A stretch of DNA of 51,720 nt from Sediminibacterium sp. (lineage in GTDB: Bacteria > Bacteroidota > Bacteroidia > Chitinophagales > Chitinophagaceae), in NCBI GenBank assembly GCA_044361485.1, contig JBIKIS010000001.1, positions 1 through 51,720 on the forward strand, given 5' to 3'. The first letter of the stretch is position 1, and every line of letters begins with the position of its first letter. Made by a program: the position numbers and the translations under genes. A model generated the notes under the pieces. That model did not search any database and was not told the origin of the DNA. It worked only from the letters and a program-made list of their open reading frames with translations. This document shows, piece by piece, positions 9,424-16,875 of the stretch.

Positions 9424-9761
9424 TATAATTAAATTTCTAGCAATTTACCGATTGTAATACCAATCACCAAATGTTTGAGTTTTTCTTACAATCCCCACCA
9501 TTTGGCGGATTCTGACCTCAAACTGGTCAAATGAGCCAAAATCTATTTGAATATCAAACCCTAGTAAGTTACGTAATCTTGTAATTTCCTGAATTCTATT
9601 TAGTTCGTTTATAGTGTCATCATATCTTTTTCATTTTTATTATATTAGTCTAAAATCTTACAGCTGTAGATTTAGTTATAGATTTTGGAAATATTGTTAA
9701 ATTAGTTAACTTAGAAATGTAAACAATTCAAGTATATTATTATCGTACTCAATCATACAAA

Positions 9762-10145
9762 ATGAACTTCAACTCTGCAATATCTATTCTTAATTCTTAC
9801 TTATTATCTAAGGACAATAGTCTAATGAAGTTAGCAGTTAAACGTGTTGTAAATGATGCATATAGCAGATGGCGTAATGATGAATTGAAGGATTTTACCT
9901 ACCCAATATCAGAGGCCTATAAATACGCTAGTCATGAGTATAGTCAAAATATGGAGGATATTAAATATTACATAATGAACCATAAAAGTAGACTTCAACC
10001 AAACGAAATTGAGTTTATGGAGACCGATGTAGAATTCAATAAATTCCTATATGGAATTGCTAAAGAAATTGAGAATTTGATAGAAAACAGCTCTCAACAA
10101 GATGCTATACATTTTCATGAAGTTGAAGTATTCCCATTTGATTGA
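9762..10145 (+). CDS. Hypothetical protein
   Basis: 127-aa ORF with ATG and plausible composition; no motif recognised. Confidence 0.6.
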   Translation: MNFNSAISILNSYLLSKDNSLMKLAVKRVVNDAYSRWRNDELKDFTYPISEAYKYASHEYSQNMEDIKYYIMNHKSRLQPNEIEFMETDVEFNKFLYGIAKEIENLIENSSQQDAIHFHEVEVFPFD

Positions 10146-10171
10146 TGAATTATTGGGTCATACTTAACCAT

Positions 10172-10212
10172 TTGCAAAAAAATTGCAAAAACTAAGGCAA
10201 AAGGATGCAAAA
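10172..10212 (+). repeat. Arm-type-like repeat, island-1 right
   Basis: 20-bp identity with 3034-3053 plus AGGATGCAAAA. Confidence 0.8.
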
Positions 10213-10306
10213 CAAGGAAAAAGAAAGAAAAGAAAAAATGATGTAAGGGATTGAATATCAATTAAAAAGAATAGAAATGAAAAGATAAGAAAACAGATTT
10301 TAATTG

Positions 10307-10350
10307 CTCATAATCAGGGGGTCCCAGGATCATGCCCTGGTGGGCCCACA
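10307..10350 (+). repeat. att copy 2 (tRNA 3' half; junction of islands 1 and 2)
   Basis: 44/44 identical to 2943-2986, beginning exactly at the anticodon loop. Confidence 0.96.
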
Positions 10351-10361
10351 CATTGATAATT

Positions 10362-10409
10362 AAGCAGTTACAATCAAGTTTTAAGTGACTTTTTTGTAGC
10401 TGCTTTTTT
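10362..10409 (+). terminator. Terminator-like hairpin after att copy 2
   Basis: AAGCAGTTACAA...TTGTAGCTGCTT plus T tract. Confidence 0.65.
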
Positions 10410-10410
10410 C

Positions 10411-10434
10411 ATTTGCACCACAATTTGCACCACA
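10411..10434 (+). repeat. 12-bp perfect tandem repeat, arm-type-like, island-2 left end
   Basis: ATTTGCACCACA x2, at the same position relative to att and terminator as the TTGCAAAA repeats of island 1. Confidence 0.75.
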
Positions 10435-10527
10435 AGTCATTTCTTGAAACCCTCGGAAACATTGGGGGAGGTGTTTTTCGAGATGATATTATTCTAGCTT
10501 TTATTATAAAAAGATTGCAGATATAAT

Positions 10528-10701
10528 GTAAAATTAACGAATAGCGAAGAAGCAGAATGAGAAACTTACTTAACGACTGAAGCAAAAAAAGCTTTGGAGT
10601 TAAAAGTGCAAATAACTATAACCGATGAAGAAATTGATCAAATGCTTTACCAATTGTATGAATTAACGTGGGAAGAGATAAAAATTATTTAAGGAAGTTA
10701 G
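10528..10701 (+). pseudogene. C-terminal remnant of a type IIG RM enzyme
   Basis: Translates VKLTNSEEAE*ETYLTTEAKKALELKVQITITDEEIDQMLYQLYELTWEEIKII*GS*; the tail matches EIDELVYELYQLSKEEIEIVE of 3282-6854; two in-frame stops. Confidence 0.8.
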
Positions 10702-10725
10702 ATATATTATTTAATTTAAGATATT

Positions 10726-10803
10726 ATGAAAGCAAATGAAGTACCATTAAATAGTTTTTTGTCCCAAATAAAAACCCAATTTATAATTCGTAAATTCACA
10801 TAA
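10726..10803 (+). pseudogene. Probable N-terminal remnant of a DUF262 (GmrS-like) protein
   Basis: MKANEVPLNSFLSQIKTQFII resembles DUF262 N-termini (MKA.E..+..FL.....QF.IP.YQR) and breaks off just before the P.YQR motif. Confidence 0.55.
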
Positions 10804-10813
10804 ATATGTTACT

Positions 10814-13228
10814 ATGAATCAAATTAAATTTTATATAGCCATTTTGCTTATTACATTATTTTCTGGTAATAGTTTACAGGCTCAAATCGAAACGGACTCT
10901 CTTAAAATAATAAATTCAATTGGAAGTGATAACTATAATGCTCCTTTATCACAAGCTCCAAATTGTGAAGAATGTCAAGAAGCGTTACAGTTATACAGAG
11001 AAGCCTACGAAAATAAAATGTTATTCTCAATTGATGAGTTTTTACCACTCGTGTCTTTAATTAAAATATGTGAAAAAAAATATCAAACATGTTTTAGTGA
11101 AAATCAGGCAAAAGAAAGTCTAAAATATTTACGATATCGAGCAATAATGGAATACGACCGTCAATTAGGGGATTATAATCTTGATAATTACGATGATTTC
11201 AGATTTTTAAAACAACAAAAACCAATTGAAATAATTCAATATTTTAAGTCGATTTATAAAACGAAATTATCTCCTGATTGTGATGATTGTATCGATTTAT
11301 TTGAAAAATATTACGATGCTTTTAAATCAAACAAATTTGATAGTAATTTAAAAATGTTAGTTCAAAGATGCAGATTTCAAATTCGAGATAGAGAAGCTTG
11401 TGAGAAATTAAAGAAAAAAATGAAAAATGAGAAATTTAATGATAAGATACTAATGTTTTGCGATGTATGTGGAATCTCTAGAATGGGACTACCAGCAGAT
11501 GTGGTAAATAAATGGGCATTTGAAAGAAATTTTATTCCAAAAATGAATAAGCCCAAACCAGAACAAGTTCTAAATAATAATATTTCACGAGAAGAGGTTT
11601 TTAAATTTGATAGTAAATGGGGGGTAAGAAGCAGAGAGGGAATAGTCTTTATAAATCCTGAATTCGATAAAATAAAACCAATTAAAATTAATAAATCTGT
11701 TTTTTACTTAGTTACCAAAAATGGTAAAACAGGAATTTGTAATTCTATTGGAAAGGAATTAATCAAACCAAATTTTGATGAAATAATTGATAATGAAACA
11801 TTTATAACAAATATTTCAAAATCTTCAAATCAGCAGAGTAGAGCATTCGGTTATGATCTTGCAAATAAAATGAATCTAATAGTATATCGTATTGATGGGA
11901 AGTATGGTATAATTACAAATAGCGATACTTTAGTAAGCATAAGTAAAGCTTTCGTCGATGATATAAATTTTAGAAAAAATATTGCAGTAATAAAAAGCGG
12001 GAATAAATATGGATTCATTAATTATGGACTCTCTTCATATGTTCTGCCAAAATACGATAAATTAAGCGAATTCGGCGCTTCCGAAAATTTGGATTTTGCA
12101 ATTTTTTGTATAAATAATAAGTGGGGACTTTTAAATACAGCTACAGCATTAGAATCAACAAAAGCAAAATATGATCAAATTAGTCAAACAGAAATTAATT
12201 CAATTTTTAAAGTTAGAACAGGGTCAAAAAATGGATTGATTAATTCAACGGGCTCTGAATTAATCAATCCATTTTTTGATGAAATATATCCATTCGTGAA
12301 TCTTTGTGCACGCGTAAAAAATAATAGTAAATGGGGATTGATTGATAACAACGGAAATCTAATTATTGAAGTTAAATATGATGAAATTCTCCAGCTTCCG
12401 AATGGCACCTCGCAAGTAAAAAATAACAACAAATGGGGTTTAATTGATAATAAAGGGAAAATAATAATATCACCAAAATACGACGAAGCTTTTACATTTA
12501 TTCAAGGCAAGGCCATGGTCAAATTAAATAAAGTTCAAATTAGAATAAATGAACGAGACGAAATTGTATATAATGACTTTCAAGATTTCGACTTTAATAA
12601 TTTGAAGAGAGGTGGAAGTAACATGAAGTATGAAATTAAAAAAAGATTTGAGGATCTTTTTGCTAAAGTTAATGCCAAGCAACTATATGGCTCAATGCTG
12701 GGAGTCAAAGTATCAACAAAAGAGATGATTGATGAAGGAATAAATGAAATTAGAATTACAGTAGAAGAATGGTTAAATGGTTCAATGACAAAGACACAAT
12801 TAAATGAATTTATTGAAATAGGAAAAAATGCCGCAGTCGAGTCTGCATTTGCTATGGCATTGATATCAGAGTCGTTAAAATCTAGTAATTCTTCCTCAAG
12901 TTCTACTTCAGGAAATTTAAGTAGTGGTTCTGGATCTGGCAATTCCTCAAACAATAATTCTAGTCAAGTTTGCATCATGTGTAAGCCATATGACTCTAAA
13001 GGACACTACATAAACGATTTTGATATTAATAAACGCATTTATATAAATGGAAGATATATCAAAAAACCAGGCTACAAACCATGTGAAATTTGCAAAGGAA
13101 CTGGAAAATGTCAATATAAGAACTGGAATGATGCACCAGGAATTTGTGATGAAAATTATACTTGCTTGCGTTGTCATGGTGATCGCTTTGAAATTTGCAA
13201 AAGTTGTGATGGTTCAGGAGTGAGATAA
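10814..13228 (+). CDS. Secreted WG-repeat protein with Cys-rich N-terminal region, Ser-rich linker and C-terminal Zn-finger-like domain
   Basis: Signal peptide; repeated K(W/Y)GLID..G..II..KYD WG repeats; Ser/Asn linker; CxxC and CxxCxGxG motifs at the C terminus. Confidence 0.87.
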   Translation: MNQIKFYIAILLITLFSGNSLQAQIETDSLKIINSIGSDNYNAPLSQAPNCEECQEALQLYREAYENKMLFSIDEFLPLVSLIKICEKKYQTCFSENQAKESLKYLRYRAIMEYDRQLGDYNLDNYDDFRFLKQQKPIEIIQYFKSIYKTKLSPDCDDCIDLFEKYYDAFKSNKFDSNLKMLVQRCRFQIRDREACEKLKKKMKNEKFNDKILMFCDVCGISRMGLPADVVNKWAFERNFIPKMNKPKPEQVLNNNISREEVFKFDSKWGVRSREGIVFINPEFDKIKPIKINKSVFYLVTKNGKTGICNSIGKELIKPNFDEIIDNETFITNISKSSNQQSRAFGYDLANKMNLIVYRIDGKYGIITNSDTLVSISKAFVDDINFRKNIAVIKSGNKYGFINYGLSSYVLPKYDKLSEFGASENLDFAIFCINNKWGLLNTATALESTKAKYDQISQTEINSIFKVRTGSKNGLINSTGSELINPFFDEIYPFVNLCARVKNNSKWGLIDNNGNLIIEVKYDEILQLPNGTSQVKNNNKWGLIDNKGKIIISPKYDEAFTFIQGKAMVKLNKVQIRINERDEIVYNDFQDFDFNNLKRGGSNMKYEIKKRFEDLFAKVNAKQLYGSMLGVKVSTKEMIDEGINEIRITVEEWLNGSMTKTQLNEFIEIGKNAAVESAFAMALISESLKSSNSSSSSTSGNLSSGSGSGNSSNNNSSQVCIMCKPYDSKGHYINDFDINKRIYINGRYIKKPGYKPCEICKGTGKCQYKNWNDAPGICDENYTCLRCHGDRFEICKSCDGSGVR

Positions 13229-13540
13229 GAATATAGCCAGATCAAAATATTTTAAATCTAAGTAATTAAATTTTAGACAATTGCTAATGAGAAAACGATA
13301 AGGTGGAGGCAGTCTTAGTTGAGAACGGATTGAAAGTTGAAAAGGTAATGAAAAAAACAGCTCATAAGCAACTACTAAGACTACAGTGCTTTGTAAAAAG
13401 TGTTACAGATATTAATCAAATGAGAACTCATTTGCTACATTCATTAAAAAACTTAATTATCAAGGTTTTTTTAATTTTAATCAGACCGTAGGGTTTTATT
13501 TATAATGTGTTTATAGAATTATTATTCAAAAATTCGAATT

Positions 13541-15076
13541 ATGAAAAAGCTTTTTATTTTTATTTTATCATTCCCTTTACTCACATCCTTTGGACAAAGT
13601 ACTAATTCATTTTGTGCTTTTAATCAAAATGGAGAAAAGTACGAATTGAATTTAGTCGATGGAACAGGTAGTTTAACCTTTGTCCAATATAATCGATCAG
13701 GTGTTATCGTTAAAACAGTTAGTGGAACATGGAGTATAAGGAATGAAGGAGTATATGGACCCTTCGAAAGATTAACTGTCAATATTCCAGTTGGTCAGAT
13801 GAAGTTTTTAGTCGTTAGGACATCCCGTGGAGCTATTCAAGAATTACAAGATGAATCTGCTTCCAAAAGAAATTTTCAGCCTTGTACTAGTATATTTTCT
13901 GGTGGTAATAACCAAACCCAGAAAATAATAAAGTACAATCCTAATGCAAGTACGATAATTGGCACACCAATTACTATTGGCACTCTCATGATTGCCAGTA
14001 AAGACATGCCTGAACCATTAGACTGGTGGGGGGCTAAAGAAGAGTGTTTACGATTGGGTGATGGTTGGAGACTTCCTACTAAAGAAGAGCTGGATTTGAT
14101 ATATGAAAACAAAAGTCGGATAGGCAACTTTAAACAAAGTGGTTATTGGAGTATAAGTCAATCAGCGAATCAGATGACCAACGATGGCGAACTGATTCTT
14201 GCATGGAGTAAAAGTTTCAAAACTGGAATAAAAACAGACTATGAGAAAAAGTATCCAGCTAATGTAAGAGCGGTGAAGACAGGGGTAGCTAACAGTGAGG
14301 TCAAAGAACCGATTAAAGAACCGATAAAAGAAAAAAAAAGTCTAGAACAAGTTAAAATAGAAGAAAAAAATACTAGAATAAAAACTATTGGTACACCAAT
14401 CAAAATATTCAATTTTGAAGTAGCTGAAAATGATTTTCCTGGTGGTGAAAAAATGACGTGGGAAGAGGCTAAAAAAGCATGTGAATCTTTGGGAGATGGT
14501 TGGAGATTACCAACAAAAGAGGAACTTAATATTTTATATCTTAATAATACAAACTTAAATGGTATTAAGGATAATTCTTCTTATTGGAGTTCTACGGAGG
14601 ATGGCAACCTGGCCCATCTTGTTACTTTCATGTATGGCCCAAAGGGTAACGCCGTCTCTAAATCTAGATATGGTTGGGCAGTTCGTGCAATTAGAACTAT
14701 CAATAGAGGGGATTCTGCCAAAGAAAGTATTTTTTCAACATCATACAAACAAAAAGTAATAGGGACAACTATCATGATTAATAATTTGGAAGTGGCGCAA
14801 TTTGATTTTGCTCAACAAATGGACTGGGATTTAGCAAAATTAGCATGTGAAGCTTTAGGAGATGGTTGGAGATTACCTACAAAAAAAGAATTAAGTGTTT
14901 TACATCGAAACCAGTCAAAGGTTTGGGGTTCTGAGAGACGTAGCAATGGCATTTGGAGTTCTACGGAGGAATTTTCTAACAAAATGGCGTGGATATTAAG
15001 TGGTGGGAGTGATGGCAATCTAGAAACCATCTATAAAGGAAAAAATGCCAAAGTTCGAGCCGTCAGATCTTTTTAA
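13541..15076 (+). CDS. Secreted protein with three tandem DUF1566/Lcl domains
   Basis: Signal peptide; three copies of IGT.I.I...V/IA..D....M.W..AK..C..LGDGWRLPTK.EL...W S...VRA(V/I); ends VRAVRSF*. Confidence 0.88.
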   Translation: MKKLFIFILSFPLLTSFGQSTNSFCAFNQNGEKYELNLVDGTGSLTFVQYNRSGVIVKTVSGTWSIRNEGVYGPFERLTVNIPVGQMKFLVVRTSRGAIQELQDESASKRNFQPCTSIFSGGNNQTQKIIKYNPNASTIIGTPITIGTLMIASKDMPEPLDWWGAKEECLRLGDGWRLPTKEELDLIYENKSRIGNFKQSGYWSISQSANQMTNDGELILAWSKSFKTGIKTDYEKKYPANVRAVKTGVANSEVKEPIKEPIKEKKSLEQVKIEEKNTRIKTIGTPIKIFNFEVAENDFPGGEKMTWEEAKKACESLGDGWRLPTKEELNILYLNNTNLNGIKDNSSYWSSTEDGNLAHLVTFMYGPKGNAVSKSRYGWAVRAIRTINRGDSAKESIFSTSYKQKVIGTTIMINNLEVAQFDFAQQMDWDLAKLACEALGDGWRLPTKKELSVLHRNQSKVWGSERRSNGIWSSTEEFSNKMAWILSGGSDGNLETIYKGKNAKVRAVRSF

Positions 15077-15098
15077 TTGATTACGAATTTAAAAATCC

Positions 15099-15132
15099 AA
15101 ATAACTTTATTTTTGTAAAAACAAAGTTATTT
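15099..15132 (+). terminator. AT-rich hairpin after the 13541 gene
   Basis: AAATAACTTT...AAAGTTATTT inverted repeat. Confidence 0.45.
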
Positions 15133-15349
15133 TAAGTACCCATAATCAATCGATCTTTTCTTGTTAGAATATGATGTACCTCTATTTTGATACTTGTCCC
15201 TTTGAAGTAACTTATTAATTTGAGTAACTAGAATTGTAATAAAGAGAATTATATTTCGGAAAATTGCTATATTACAGTCAAGGATAATCATAGCTATTAT
15301 TTAAACTTGTCGATCAAATCAATAAAACTATCCTTATAAAAAATCAAAT

Positions 15350-16423
15350 ATGAAAACATTTTTTGTGATTGCCACCCTTTTAATTTTTAACACTGCCCTT
15401 TTTTCCCAAACCTATACTGTTTTTAGATCTGAGGGGGAAGTATTAAATTTTTTAGAATCTAGAAAGAAATTTTCTAATAGTAAACTTGATATAACGATTA
15501 CTTTTAGTGATATGGGTAGTAGACTAAAAAGTAATACTGGCCTTGATTATTTTAATCCTAGTGTTATATTATTGACTAGCACAAGAGCTAGAGTAACTTA
15601 TGAATCTTTGACAACTAATGGGGTAACTAAAATTATTGTTGATTGTAGTCGAAATATAATTATTGACGAAGATAGTTATACTACCTTTTCTTCTGTTTCA
15701 AATAACGAAGGGTCATCAACAAATTCAGGAATTATAGGAACCCCTATTAAGATTGGTAACTTGGAAGTTGCTCAATTTGATTTCCCTGATGAGATGAATT
15801 TGAGTGATGCTAAAGCAGCATGCGCTGAGCTTGGCAATGGGTGGCGATTACCAACAAAGGATGAATTGAATACGCTCTATGAAAACCAAGATCAAATTGG
15901 AGGATTTACACATAATTGCTACGCACGAGATCATTGGAGTTCAACAGAGGGTGGAAATTTTGGAGGTGCTTGGCATCAGTATTTTAGAAACGGTGCCCAG
16001 TATACTGGTTTTGCGGACAACGTCCTTCATGTCCGTGCTGTAAAAAATATAGAGCCTGTTAAAGAGCCTGTTAAAAAAAATATAGTCAAAACAACGCCAA
16101 AACCTGTTGTAATAGGCAAGCCAATAAAGATTGGTAATTTAGAAGTTGCACAATTTGATTTTGCTGACGATATGACCCTAGATGAGGCTAAAGCAGCGTG
16201 CGCTAAACTCGGTAAAGGTTGGCGTTTGCCTTCGAATGCTGAACTGAAAATCCTATATCGAAACAAGACAAAGATTGGTGGATTTTTGGATAAGGTCTAT
16301 TTAAGTTCTACATCTAAGGATGACATCGGCATATGGGTACAGGGATTCAGTAATGGTTCTGTTGGTCAGGATTATGTCGGTAAGAATTACAAATATTCTG
16401 TTCGAGCTGTTAGATCTTTTTAA
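15350..16423 (+). CDS. Secreted protein with two tandem DUF1566/Lcl domains
   Basis: Signal peptide; two IG.PIKIGNLEVAQFDF.D.M...AKAACA.LG.GWRLP units; ends VRAVRSF*. Confidence 0.88.
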   Translation: MKTFFVIATLLIFNTALFSQTYTVFRSEGEVLNFLESRKKFSNSKLDITITFSDMGSRLKSNTGLDYFNPSVILLTSTRARVTYESLTTNGVTKIIVDCSRNIIIDEDSYTTFSSVSNNEGSSTNSGIIGTPIKIGNLEVAQFDFPDEMNLSDAKAACAELGNGWRLPTKDELNTLYENQDQIGGFTHNCYARDHWSSTEGGNFGGAWHQYFRNGAQYTGFADNVLHVRAVKNIEPVKEPVKKNIVKTTPKPVVIGKPIKIGNLEVAQFDFADDMTLDEAKAACAKLGKGWRLPSNAELKILYRNKTKIGGFLDKVYLSSTSKDDIGIWVQGFSNGSVGQDYVGKNYKYSVRAVRSF

Positions 16424-16506
16424 CTATTTGTGAATTTGAAGATTCAGTAATCCACAATACAAATCTGGTCTTACCATAGTTATCCCTGTGAATTTTAATA
16501 GTAGGG

Positions 16507-16630
16507 TGGAAAAACGCACATATTGACCATGCTATATCGCTCTCATTTGACCATTTTTAGCATAGATAATCAACATGAAAAGGGGTCAAAGAAAAACGCT
16601 ATGGCGTGGTCAACGACAGCGTATTTTACA
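16507..16630. mobile_element. Miniature inverted-repeat element, IS21-like ends without transposase
   Basis: TG...CA ends; about 48-bp imperfect inverted repeats, each ACGC-N5-TTGACCA-N-GC-N-ATA-N-CG-N6-TTTGACC with identical spacing. Confidence 0.65.
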
Positions 16631-16830
16631 GGTAATCTCCATCCCTAACCTAAATTCAAACATGTTCGATTGGCGTCATTCCATTTCATTCTATTAGGAA
16701 AGTCATATTGAGCAAATTCAATATTTCCTAGTCTTATTGGATTACCAATTATGTTAGATTGAGCATTGGTTTTGTAAAAGGAAAATAATAAAATTAAAGC
16801 CAACAAGTGGGCATAGGAAACTCTTTTCAT
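16631..16830 (-). pseudogene. Truncated DUF1566 paralog of the 16876-17925 gene
   Basis: MKRVSYAHLLAL...CLNLG*GWRLP: in-frame TAG, then interrupted by the MITE-like element. Confidence 0.82.
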
Positions 16831-16875
16831 ATCATGATTTTTTTGCAAAAAATATTTAGTTATAAAAAATAGGGA

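Larger units (their letters stand above)
2987..10350. mobile_element. Genomic island 1 integrated at the tRNA(CAT) 3' end
   Basis: Bounded by a perfect 44-bp direct repeat; matching 20-bp sub-terminal repeats at both ends; visibly more AT-rich; RM, recombinase and nuclease cargo. Confidence 0.9.

Noticed and set aside
9445-9634. About 60-codon open frame on the minus strand (RYDDTINELNRIQEITRL...), one base out of frame with an ATG
   Set aside because: No in-frame start, no recognisable motif, and its 3' half overlaps the conserved upstream motif of the DUF1566 gene; a frameshifted small gene cannot be fully excluded.
12880-12965. Ser/Asn-rich low-complexity stretch (also 17140-17225) as a possible template repeat or microsatellite
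   Set aside because: Encodes flexible linkers with mixed codons and has no similarity to the WSSTE-VRAV segments.
13303-13491. 62-aa GTG-start ORF between island-2 genes
   Set aside because: Short, no motif or signal; cannot be supported as a gene.
16642-16647. TAG readthrough or recoding in the truncated DUF1566 gene
   Set aside because: The frame is broken four codons later by the MITE-like element, and TAG is used as a normal stop elsewhere in the window (e.g. phytase, HDAC); pseudogenisation is simpler.
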